Below are positions 9,020 to 17,678 of a DNA stretch of 64,000 nt, one piece after another. Each line of letters opens with the position of its first letter. Within the stretch, counting starts at the first letter, position 1. The stretch covers positions 2,188 to 66,187 of the forward strand of contig JBEIHC010000002.1 of assembly GCA_040381555.1 (NCBI GenBank), in the 5' to 3' direction. Origin of the DNA: Bacteroidia bacterium. GTDB lineage: Bacteria > Bacteroidota > Bacteroidia > J057 > RFSG01. The translations under genes were made by a program, and so were the position numbers. Below the pieces are notes generated by a model. It was not told where the DNA came from, did not search any database, and saw only the letters and a list, made by a program, of their open reading frames with translations.

Positions 9020-10780
9020 TTATTGGGATTTATGCCAACATTCCTGCCAAACAATAAATGCCCAAGCTTGCTCCCAACTCATTTTCTCAGTTCCAGGATT
9101 ATGAATTGCTTTGGCAGAAAAGACGCCTTGACTCTCCAAAAATCGAGGATTGGAATAAGTCGTCCATCTTTCCATTAACCCCCCCTGAAATAGTTGAGAC
9201 AAAGGAATGTCCAATCCTTTTTTACGAGTTGAGAATGTCGCTCCACTAATTTTCCTCCAAGTTTCATGCAAAAGTTTTTTTCCTAACAGTATGGATTCTG
9301 GATGCGCATCAACCCAATGCACTAAGTCCTCGTCCAGATACGGAACTCGAATTTCAAGACCGCAGGCCATACCTGCATGGTCGGTCTTTGGGAGCATATT
9401 TCCTGGCAGTAAAAATTGCCGGTCTGCATTTAGGAGGGAGGTTAGATCATATTCTTGCGGTGGATTAAATCCTTCTGCAAAATGATATTCTTCCTGGTTT
9501 AGAAGCATCTTGGGAATTCTCATTGCATCCCGAAACCCAGAAAGCATTCGGTATTTATGGTTATTAGAAGTTTGCAATAATTGAATCATTCGGATAGATT
9601 TCCGAAGAAGATCTCCTCCCATACTTTCCCTGTTTTGGAAATTCGGCAATGGAAATCGTGGAATCTGAAAGTTTTGTGCCCATTTCCAGGCTTTGTACCT
9701 GCTATATCCCCCCAACAGCTCATCCGCACCATCTCCGCTTAGAACAAATTTAACTTCCTGAGCTGCCACTTCTGAGAGCCGGAAGATTCCAATCCCTGCG
9801 GGGTCGCCAATAGGCTCTGGCATTCGCTCTAACCAACGAATAGCAGTGTCAGGTTTCAATTCTACCGGAATCCAATTCCAGTGATACTGATTGGCTCTAG
9901 CGGCTGCCGTCTTGGCTTCATTCAACCAGTGATTCTTAAAACTTAAAGTAAAAGCAGTTAGTGGAGATTGAGAATATGCCTGTACACATCCTGCCAATAC
10001 AGTAGAGTCCAAGCCCCCACTCAGGAAAATACCCGCCGGCACATCCGCCACCAGATTCCGCAACACACTGCGTTTCAATTGGTCTTCAAAAGTCGATTGG
10101 GAATGAAGATTTTTATCGGGTGCAGCACCCCATAAAAATATTTTACTCGATTGGTTTTGAATCTCCAGTACATGCCCAGGGGGAAGAGGCTGTAGATTTT
10201 GCCACATAGACCTTTCCGGAGGGATAAAATGAAATTCCAAAAAAGCAGACAAGGAGGCTCTGTCGGGTTTGGCCTCAAATCCCATTTTTAGAATAGCCTG
10301 AGAATGTGAGCCAAAATATATTCCCTGGGCGTTTTCTGCCCACATCAAAGGTTTAATCCCTGCATGATCTCGCCCAAGAACAAGTTTTTCCAAAACAGAA
10401 TCGTACCAGGCAAAAGCAAAAAAGCCACGGACCTTATTGAGAAAAGGAATCCCCTCTGATACCAGTCCTTGAAGCAGGACTTCCGTATCGGTTTGGGTTT
10501 GAAAGGAAATTCCTTTCAACGAGAGGGATTTTTTTAACTCGCGGAAATTTAAGATTTCGCCGTTAAACGAAATCCAATGCCTGCCATTTTGCAAACTGAA
10601 AGGTTGCTTCCCTTCATCCCCTGGGGATATAATTCCAAGACGCGTATGGTGGAGTAAGGCTTTATTATTCTCAAAATAGCCTTCACCGTCCGGACCTCTG
10701 GCTTGAAGGGTATTCAAGACCTTTTTTCGAGAATCAGGAATGGCTCCCTGCTTTGCATAGTATCCGGCTATTCCGCACAT
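9020..10780 (-). CDS. asnB: Asparagine synthase (glutamine-hydrolysing) family protein
   Basis: 586 aa. N-terminal nucleophile MCGIAGYY (class II glutamine amidotransferase) and PP-loop FLSGGLDST. It is clustered with a glycosyltransferase, so it may act in polysaccharide modification rather than Asn synthesis. Confidence 0.85.
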   Translation of the reverse strand: MCGIAGYYAKQGAIPDSRKKVLNTLQARGPDGEGYFENNKALLHHTRLGIISPGDEGKQPFSLQNGRHWISFNGEILNFRELKKSLSLKGISFQTQTDTEVLLQGLVSEGIPFLNKVRGFFAFAWYDSVLEKLVLGRDHAGIKPLMWAENAQGIYFGSHSQAILKMGFEAKPDRASLSAFLEFHFIPPERSMWQNLQPLPPGHVLEIQNQSSKIFLWGAAPDKNLHSQSTFEDQLKRSVLRNLVADVPAGIFLSGGLDSTVLAGCVQAYSQSPLTAFTLSFKNHWLNEAKTAAARANQYHWNWIPVELKPDTAIRWLERMPEPIGDPAGIGIFRLSEVAAQEVKFVLSGDGADELLGGYSRYKAWKWAQNFQIPRFPLPNFQNRESMGGDLLRKSIRMIQLLQTSNNHKYRMLSGFRDAMRIPKMLLNQEEYHFAEGFNPPQEYDLTSLLNADRQFLLPGNMLPKTDHAGMACGLEIRVPYLDEDLVHWVDAHPESILLGKKLLHETWRKISGATFSTRKKGLDIPLSQLFQGGLMERWTTYSNPRFLESQGVFSAKAIHNPGTEKMSWEQAWAFIVWQECWHKSQ

Positions 10781-10867
10781 GTTAAAACAAAAGTATGGCT
10801 TAAAAGATTGGAAGCAAAGGGAGAGTGAGATCGGAGGGAAGCAGCGGAAAAGGAGCTATCTTATTTG

Positions 10868-11992
10868 TTATAGGGTATTTAAATAAATCCGCTCTACCTC
10901 CTGTACCATCCGATTCAAGCCAAACTCTTTTTCAAGCCTAAGCTTACCTGCTTCGCCCATTTTTTTTCGCATTTCAGGATTTCGTTCAAAATCCAACATA
11001 GCCTGAGCGAAGACTGTTATATCTCCCTTTGGACAAAGAAATCCTGTTTCCTCATGGATAACAATTTCATTTAAGGCTGGGACATCAAAGGCCAAAATGG
11101 GTATGCCTGCGTTCATGGCTTCGAGGGCAACCAAACCAAAACCTTCTGAATAAGAAGAAACGCAAAGGCAGGCGGCTTCAGGTAAGAGCTGTTCCGGATT
11201 GGGGATTCTGCCTAAAAAAGTTATCGGGTGCTGCACGCCAGAAGCCTCCAACTTTTGCTTCATTTCCAACTCAGAAGGTCCGGAGCCGGCGATGAAAAGA
11301 GGCAAAGCACCACCCGAATTTCGATAGAGAATATAGGCTTCTGCTAGTATTTCCGGGTGTTTGAAGGGTATCAGGCGACCAATGTACAGGAAATACTTCG
11401 GCTCATCAGCGATATAATACGGTCGTAAAGATTCATAGCCATACCAGATTGTTTTGATTTTTTTCCCCGCTCCAGGAATGGCGTGCAGCAGCCGAGTGAT
11501 GCCCTGGCTGATGCCAATAACCTGGTTACATTTCCGTATGGAGAATAAAGTAAGCCAATAGTAAGTGTTTTTACTTTTGCCTAAAAACTCCGGATTTAAA
11601 TCATATTTTGCCTGAAAGGCTTCCTCGTAGCCATGTTTGGTGCTGATGAGTTTGGTAGATGGAAATAGTAGTTTGTACAATGCACCGTAAAAATCTCCCT
11701 GAATAAGATGAGTATGTAAAATGTCTGCCCGGATTCGTCGGATTTTTCGAAAAATCTTACCTAATGCAATGGGATCCAAATCATAATTCATTTTAACCCG
11801 ATGACAGATTACCCCATGCTCTTGTAGTTGTAGAACGAGGGGGTCATTCAGGTGCTGTGCTTGGGGAGGCTCGGCAATCAGGTAGTGAATTTCATACCCT
11901 TCTTTCACAAGACCTGGCAACAAGCGAGTAAGATGCTTTTCTGCCCCTCCTATGCCGGCACTTTTCTGAAGATGCAGGATACGGCCTTTCAT
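10868..11992 (-). CDS. Glycosyltransferase family 4 (GT-B fold)
   Basis: 374 aa. N-terminal GGAEKH loop and C-terminal EGFGLVALEAMNAGIPILAFD (EX7E region). Confidence 0.8.
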   Translation of the reverse strand: MKGRILHLQKSAGIGGAEKHLTRLLPGLVKEGYEIHYLIAEPPQAQHLNDPLVLQLQEHGVICHRVKMNYDLDPIALGKIFRKIRRIRADILHTHLIQGDFYGALYKLLFPSTKLISTKHGYEEAFQAKYDLNPEFLGKSKNTYYWLTLFSIRKCNQVIGISQGITRLLHAIPGAGKKIKTIWYGYESLRPYYIADEPKYFLYIGRLIPFKHPEILAEAYILYRNSGGALPLFIAGSGPSELEMKQKLEASGVQHPITFLGRIPNPEQLLPEAACLCVSSYSEGFGLVALEAMNAGIPILAFDVPALNEIVIHEETGFLCPKGDITVFAQAMLDFERNPEMRKKMGEAGKLRLEKEFGLNRMVQEVERIYLNTL

Positions 11993-11996
11993 GGCA

Positions 11997-13244
11997 TTAG
12001 GGGAGTATAAATTCGAAAGGCATGGCGCACTTCAAAACCACTTTGGAATTTATTGGCCAAGCTACACAAGTGGTTTCGGTAAAACCGGGGATTTCCCTTT
12101 CTGCAATTCTTCGTAACCGGATATCTTTTTTTTCTGCCTGGCGGTAATAAGTGCAAGCTAAGGACTTCAAAGTAACCTCATCATTAGGGCATTGGGTTCT
12201 GAGCTGCAGTGCAAATCTTGCCAATGCAACTATACTTGAACCCCAGTCTGGGGCAGCTTTTCCAGAAGCTGTTATATTTTGCCAGGCGAGTAGATTTTTC
12301 CCGGAGGTCATGAAAGCAATTCCGGCCTGGCGAAAATACCAAGCTTTCATCCAGGGGTCGTTTTCTAATTCAGCTAACCTGACCCAATCTTCCCCTTGAG
12401 TGTGTTGATTCTGAAGTAAAGCACGGGCTTCCCAAATACTTTCTTTTCCAGTTCGAATTAACTGCGCTCTGACTGCACTCAATAGTTCGGTTTGCTCTAT
12501 GCTCCGGGCAAATAATCGTGCATAGATTCTCAGCCAATCGGAATACAGATCTGACTTCAAAGTTTTGGCTTCCAAAATTATCGTGGCAGTATCGGGTAGA
12601 TAGCGAGCCATTCGCCAAGCCAAGCTGTTTTTAATTTTCTGAATTTGATCTTTCTCTTTGAGAGAGTCTTTAAAGACAAATTGCCGGGCTAAAATAACAT
12701 TCAGCTTTTGATACCAGCTTTCCAGTGTGGCAGTATCAGATTTTCCTCTCCGAGTTTGCCAGTCCTGAATACGAAAATAATCCTCTATTATTTGTACTGG
12801 ACATCTCATAGGAGCTAAGCGGATAGCCGGTTCGAGCATAAGCCCCAGAATGCTGTCGCTCTGATCTTCATACCTTAGAGCTGCGGCAGCACGAACCAAA
12901 CTCCATCCAGCACTATCTCCTGTATGTTGAATGGCCTTATGATAAATGGAATACAGGGTATCTTTGAGTAAGATTCTAAGTCCTACATTTTTGGCGGTAT
13001 CCAAGATATCTTGATACAACAATCCTGTTTCTCGATACAATTCTGGTTTCCATTCTGGGCAATAGCGAAGGATCTGCATCCCCAGGGAGGCCGCTTTCCA
13101 CTTTTCTCCGCGCACAAAGTTCATCTGATAATTTCTATACCAGAGATTAAGGACAGAATCTTTCCGGATGTCACATAGTTGGGGCTGTGCTATTCCTTGT
13201 AAAAATCCGAACAGGAATGCAAACAGTATGCTAAGCCTGAGCAT
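11997..13244 (-). CDS. Hypothetical secreted protein (helical-repeat-like)
   Basis: 415-aa ORF with a signal peptide (MLRLSILFAFLFGFLQGIAQ). No family recognised. It sits 5 nt from its neighbours on the same strand, so it is probably in an operon. Confidence 0.5.
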   Translation of the reverse strand: MLRLSILFAFLFGFLQGIAQPQLCDIRKDSVLNLWYRNYQMNFVRGEKWKAASLGMQILRYCPEWKPELYRETGLLYQDILDTAKNVGLRILLKDTLYSIYHKAIQHTGDSAGWSLVRAAAALRYEDQSDSILGLMLEPAIRLAPMRCPVQIIEDYFRIQDWQTRRGKSDTATLESWYQKLNVILARQFVFKDSLKEKDQIQKIKNSLAWRMARYLPDTATIILEAKTLKSDLYSDWLRIYARLFARSIEQTELLSAVRAQLIRTGKESIWEARALLQNQHTQGEDWVRLAELENDPWMKAWYFRQAGIAFMTSGKNLLAWQNITASGKAAPDWGSSIVALARFALQLRTQCPNDEVTLKSLACTYYRQAEKKDIRLRRIAEREIPGFTETTCVAWPINSKVVLKCAMPFEFILP

Positions 13245-13248
13245 ATTC

Positions 13249-14541
13249 TTAATCTACGCGGTAACGCATGAACCATCGTTCGTTGAGACTGAGTCCCAAA
13301 CGAATTCGGTAATAATTTTCAGAAATCAGGTTATTGCTGGTAGTGCCTCTTCTGCCAATTTCTGCTCCCAGATGAATTTTGGAAGCAGTTCTAGCGAAAG
13401 GTAATCCAAATCCAAAGGTAATTCCAGCCTGGCGAATTGCTTCTCCATTGAGTTCCAAATTGGTTTTCTCATAATTTCCGCCAATACGGTAGGCCATTTT
13501 TAGAAAATAGATTTTTGAAACTAATCTGGGCACCCATTCTCCGCCGGCTGCAATGCGGTAAGATTGTGCTAATCCGGCATTTTGGCCAAAAGCAGCATAA
13601 TCCGACCAGTCCTGAACAGAAACATCTGCCCCAAGAGACCAGTAAGATTCCTGACTTAAAGGAGAGCCTGGGATAAGATATCTTTCCATTTCAATCCCAA
13701 AACCAATTCTTCGAGGTACTTGGACTGTACTAGTTTGCAAACCGGAAAGAGTATCCGGAGTAACCTTGAGTGGGTTCAAGTTTCGAGAAATCAGTACCTG
13801 CTCAGAAGCCAGTCTGGCGCCTTGATCATAAACCAAGCCCCCTTTCAAAACAATTTTGCGATTTTCTTTCAAGCTAATCGTATCAGTATATTGCGCACCA
13901 GCAGTTAGATTGAAACCCTGCTGATACATTTTACGCTGATAGGAAACTGGATTGAGGGTAGTATTTTCTAAGAATGTCAAATTCCAAGCATAATTAGTAT
14001 TTCCAAATATGAACCCAGCATTTACTCCGATATCCAAACCTTTAAATAAACTAACTGCTGCTCCTCCGAAGAAATTATTCAATCCCCCACTCGCACTATA
14101 GGCTACCAGGTATTCAACAGCTTGAGTATCCAACTGTGCAGAGTATTGATTTTGAAATCTGTACCCAACGGCAGAATAAGGACTCAAACCAATTACAAAA
14201 GAAGTACGAAAATTAGTAGGGAATGCAAAGACAAATTGATTAATACCAGCGGTATGCAGCTTGTTTTCAGCCGTTTTAGTTCGCAAATCTAGAAATTCAC
14301 TGAATCCAGAAAGGTCGAGTGTGCTATAGGCCAACCTGCGATAGGAGGCAGGGTTGCCGGTATTGATGGTATAGGAATGCGAACTTCCGAATCTTATTCC
14401 TCCCATGCTTTGATTGCGCACAGAATTCGCATTCATTAGATCTCCCACTCCGAAACGAGAGTAGGGACTATTTGTCAAGGTCTGTGCAGACAGTGAGGTA
14501 AAAAGAGCAGAAAAAAGTATGGATAGGATGTATTTATTCAT
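13249..14541 (-). CDS. Uncharacterised outer-membrane beta-barrel protein (putative porin)
   Basis: 430 aa. Signal peptide ending SAQ, an NSPYSRFGVGD motif, and alternating Gly/aromatic strand pattern throughout. Confidence 0.55.
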   Translation of the reverse strand: MNKYILSILFSALFTSLSAQTLTNSPYSRFGVGDLMNANSVRNQSMGGIRFGSSHSYTINTGNPASYRRLAYSTLDLSGFSEFLDLRTKTAENKLHTAGINQFVFAFPTNFRTSFVIGLSPYSAVGYRFQNQYSAQLDTQAVEYLVAYSASGGLNNFFGGAAVSLFKGLDIGVNAGFIFGNTNYAWNLTFLENTTLNPVSYQRKMYQQGFNLTAGAQYTDTISLKENRKIVLKGGLVYDQGARLASEQVLISRNLNPLKVTPDTLSGLQTSTVQVPRRIGFGIEMERYLIPGSPLSQESYWSLGADVSVQDWSDYAAFGQNAGLAQSYRIAAGGEWVPRLVSKIYFLKMAYRIGGNYEKTNLELNGEAIRQAGITFGFGLPFARTASKIHLGAEIGRRGTTSNNLISENYYRIRLGLSLNERWFMRYRVD

Positions 14542-15265
14542 TCCGGTTTAAGATTGCAAGCCGGTAGAGACCTCTCAGTACCAGATCAGGGAAGACAAAA
14601 TTCCGCTTTTTCAAGTGATTTTCAAAGAAATGAGCATATCCTCCGGTCAGGAAAATTTCTGGAAGTACCTTAAAATCCTCTTCTACCTGCTGAATAAAGC
14701 CTTCTAATTCATTTTTTATTCCTAAAATTACCCCAGCCTGAATTGCTCTATCCGTCTGATTAGCTGGAAACTGTGGATGATTATTCGGTTCGACTAAAGG
14801 AAGCTTTCCGGTAAATTCATGAAGCGCTTGAAAACGCATTTTTACTCCCGGACTAATTGCTCCACCGACGGCTATTTTTCCTGGTATCATCAGATTATAG
14901 GTAATAGCCGTTCCCAAAGTGATACAAAGTCCACAGGCTGCCGTATCTAATTTTTCCGAAAGGGCGGCATACACGCAGAGCCGATCTGAACCTAAAGAAT
15001 TCAATAAAACAGGTTCTGATTTAAATGGAAATCGGAGACTTGGGTCAATTTTTCGAATTGGCGTATTGATGGGAACCGGAATTTCTCCCTTTTGCACATC
15101 CGAAATCCAAATTTCATCTGCTTTTAGAAATAGGATTTCTTTTAATACTTCTGGGTCTGAATCCGGAAAAAGCACCCAATCTTGAAAGGAATCAGCTCCC
15201 ACTGTAATCAGGCGGTATTTCAATGCTGTATTCCCGGCATCTATGAGGAGTAGAACTTTTGACAT
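14534..15265 (-). CDS. coaX: Type III pantothenate kinase
   Basis: LLIDAGNTALKY phosphate-1 motif, GTAITY, and a length of ~243 aa from the ATG at 15265. The longer ORF to 15307 adds an implausible leader. Confidence 0.8.
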   Translation of the reverse strand: MSKVLLLIDAGNTALKYRLITVGADSFQDWVLFPDSDPEVLKEILFLKADEIWISDVQKGEIPVPINTPIRKIDPSLRFPFKSEPVLLNSLGSDRLCVYAALSEKLDTAACGLCITLGTAITYNLMIPGKIAVGGAISPGVKMRFQALHEFTGKLPLVEPNNHPQFPANQTDRAIQAGVILGIKNELEGFIQQVEEDFKVLPEIFLTGGYAHFFENHLKKRNFVFPDLVLRGLYRLAILNRNE

Positions 15266-15300
15266 TTCGATATATAGGCTTGATAATGACCTGAAAGGAA

Positions 15301-16062
15301 TCAGCAATAAACGATTTCTTTTAAGTCAAAGTATAGAACTTTGTTTTCTTTGGTTTGAATAGCCAGTTTTCCATCGGTATTTACCCCAATAATCATCCCT
15401 TCTTGTTTTTGGCCAGCCCATTCATATTGTGCCCATTCTTGATATCGCCAGAGAGCTGTGAGGTAGGCTTGCTTTTTGAAATCGTTGGGTTGATTTCGGC
15501 TCTGTAGGTAAAGTGCCTCAAAATGAGCAGAATAGGCTAATAAAAAATCATCGGCATTGATATGTATTCCTGTTTCTAGCCATAAGGAAGCGGCACTGTT
15601 TTGAAGATTTTCAGGAAACTGCCGGGTATTCAAGTTGAGGCCAATTCCGATAATAGAAGCATGAAGATGCTGATTTTTCCAGGTGTTTTCGATGAGGATG
15701 CCCGCAATTTTCTTTCCTTTAAGAAGCAAATCGTTTGGCCATTTGATTTGAAAAGGTTGATTGGGATATAATTCCTCCAAGCAATTTAAGAGGGCAACCG
15801 AAACCAGAATGTTTAGAGAAAAAATATTGGAAGAGCCGATGCCTTTGGGATAGATAATCAGGCTGAAACTTAGGTTGTGGAAAGGTTCTGCATACCAGGA
15901 GTTGCCGGCAAGTCCCTTTCCTTCCGTTTGTTGCGCTGCGGTAATCAGGGTTCCTTCAGGGGGATTAGATTCTAATAATTCCCGGGCATATCGGTTGGTG
16001 GAGGGAAGGGAATCAAAATCGATTCTGGTACAACCGACGAATAAAGGCTTATGCTGCTTCAT
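15301..16062 (-). CDS. birA: Biotin--[acetyl-CoA-carboxylase] ligase (group I, no HTH domain)
   Basis: Motifs SLPSTNRYA, QTEGKGLAGNSWY and KWPNDLLL. The ATG at 16062 gives ~253 aa. The annotated longer ORF would overlap the divergent rsfS. Confidence 0.8.
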   Translation of the reverse strand: MKQHKPLFVGCTRIDFDSLPSTNRYARELLESNPPEGTLITAAQQTEGKGLAGNSWYAEPFHNLSFSLIIYPKGIGSSNIFSLNILVSVALLNCLEELYPNQPFQIKWPNDLLLKGKKIAGILIENTWKNQHLHASIIGIGLNLNTRQFPENLQNSAASLWLETGIHINADDFLLAYSAHFEALYLQSRNQPNDFKKQAYLTALWRYQEWAQYEWAGQKQEGMIIGVNTDGKLAIQTKENKVLYFDLKEIVYC

Positions 16063-16089
16063 TTTCTGTAACTTTGCGAAAGATACGAT

Positions 16090-16473
16090 ATGGCTCGAAA
16101 AAAACTGAATATAGATTCCGAGAAGCTGGCGAAAATAATCGTCGCAGGAATGCAGGAGAAAAAAGCAGAAAACATTGTGCAACTGGACTTAAGAGAAGTC
16201 AAGGGGGCAGTAACTGATTTTTTTGTGATTTGTACAGGTAATTCTGATACGCAGGTGCAGGCAATTGCCGATTCTGTGGAGAATTTTACCAGAGAAAAAA
16301 TTAACGAAAGAGTTTGGCATGCAGAAGGATATAAAGCAGGCCAATGGGTATTGTTGGATTATGTGAATGTAGTGGCCCATGTGTTTTTGCGGGATAACCG
16401 ACAGTTTTATGGACTGGAAGAATTGTGGGCAGATGCTCCGATGAAGCAGTTTGATAAGTTGGTGAAGGTTTGA
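16090..16473 (+). CDS. rsfS: Ribosome silencing factor RsfS (iojap-like)
   Basis: 127 aa. Motifs KKAENIVQLDLR, DFFVICTGNSDTQVQAIADSV and WVLLDYVNVVAHVF. Confidence 0.88.
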   Translation: MARKKLNIDSEKLAKIIVAGMQEKKAENIVQLDLREVKGAVTDFFVICTGNSDTQVQAIADSVENFTREKINERVWHAEGYKAGQWVLLDYVNVVAHVFLRDNRQFYGLEELWADAPMKQFDKLVKV

Positions 16474-16555
16474 TTTTCGAACGCAAGTAAATAAACGCTT
16501 CTCGCTTCGCAACAGTTAGTAGGGTATAATCGTTGGGTTTTGTACTAAAGGACTT

Positions 16556-16943
16556 CTACCAAAGAAGTTTTACTCTGCTATATAAGCTAAAATCAGCATC
16601 CTTCGAGAGGATTGTATAATCCTCAAAAATTGCTTGGGAAATAATAATTCTATCAAACGGGTCTTTGTGAATATCTTCAAGTTTGGATAGTCCGATGATA
16701 TGTTCAAAGTCAAGCGGTAGAATTTCAAAATTGTTCTTTATTATTACTTCTTTGAGCTCCGCTAAATTAATGTCGAGTTGGAGTTTTCCCAAATTCAACT
16801 TAATTGCAACCTCCCATATGGATGCAATACTAATAAATTTTATATTCTCTGTATTCTCAATACTTGCTCTAGCCTTTTTAGAAAGATTTTCGCTCCCTTC
16901 AAGGAACCACAAAAAAGTATGGAGTGTCAAGTAAACAGTTCAT
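16556..16943 (-). pseudogene. vapC: PIN-domain (VapC-type) toxin, interrupted by a 1-nt insertion after codon 7
   Basis: The ATG at 16943 opens MNCLLDTPYFFVVP*. The long ORF (TTG at 16930 to 16556) lies in another frame. Removing one C of the CC at 16922-16921 restores MNCLLDTHTFLWFLEG.... The remaining PIN acidic residues are present (SIWEVAIK, DPFDR, SKDADF). Confidence 0.7.
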
Positions 16944-16948
16944 TACAT

Positions 16949-17185
16949 TTAGTCTTTGAAATCCTCTAGGGGAGCATCAAAATCATCTGCTAGATGAATC
17001 TTTCCTTTTAAGCTTCCAAAAACAGGTTTCTCGGTCTTAGTTTCTGGTTTATTCTTTTTGGTCTTTTCTACTAGGTATTCAATAAAATTCTTTGCTTCCT
17101 CCTTGAGTGCTGGCGGAAGCGTTTCTAGCTTAGTATATAGAGAAAGGGATGCAATAACGATTGATTTATATACAAAAATAAGCAA
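16949..17185 (-). CDS. DUF2281-family antitoxin (VapB position)
   Basis: LYTKLETLPPALKEEAKNFIEYLVEK...GSLKGKIHLADDFDAPLEDFKD is the DUF2281 pattern. The stop lies 5 nt before the toxin ATG. The only canonical start is TTG at 17185, so the true N-terminus is uncertain. Confidence 0.65.
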   Translation of the reverse strand: MLIFVYKSIVIASLSLYTKLETLPPALKEEAKNFIEYLVEKTKKNKPETKTEKPVFGSLKGKIHLADDFDAPLEDFKD

Positions 17186-17639
17186 TTTTTGCCTTTTCTG
17201 GATAATGGTTCTATATTCTGTTGCTTTCGTGTTTTGGGATCAGAAGAGGGGTTTGCTCCAGCATACAAAAAGAATAGTGGTTGGAAGTCTCCGTTCATAT
17301 TGCTGTTCCTGATCGTCATCACTGAAGTAATAAAATATTTGGTGGAGTCTAATTTCAATAGACAAAAGTGCTATAGGCTTCCGGCGGTTGCATTGAAAGA
17401 ATCTGACAGAATCCGTTTGAAACAAGTCATTTTCTTTTTTACCCGAATTCAAAATTCAGACACTATTGCTGTCATACAAACCGGGTATAAATGAATACGA
17501 ACAAGAAATATATTTAATAACTTTTTTCAATATCTAGTGTTTCATTAGATACTCAGCATCGAAAATTAATGCCCGCTTTACAGGCCCAAAGTATGGGTAG
17601 CAAGGATGTGGTTGCAAGTATAATTTTTAAAAATTAAAA

Positions 17640-17669
17640 GCAGCTGGTTTTATACGCCAGCTGCTTTTT
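17640..17669. terminator. Bidirectional rho-independent terminator
   Basis: GCAGCTGG (17640-17647) pairs with CCAGCTGC (17657-17664), flanked by A4 upstream and T5 downstream. It lies 10 nt past the TonB-dependent receptor stop on the minus strand. Confidence 0.8.
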
Positions 17670-17678
17670 GATTTTCAA

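Noticed and set aside
15301-16182. Long N-terminal extensions of birA (to 16182), coaX (to 15307), pckA (to 62233), purD (to 35604) and the small OMP (to 34382)
   Set aside because: In each case the extension lacks family similarity and overlaps a neighbouring gene or promoter-like box. An internal ATG also coincides with the conserved family N-terminus or a signal peptide.
16189-16512. 107-aa and 61-aa minus-strand ORFs
   Set aside because: Antisense to rsfS, which is strongly supported.
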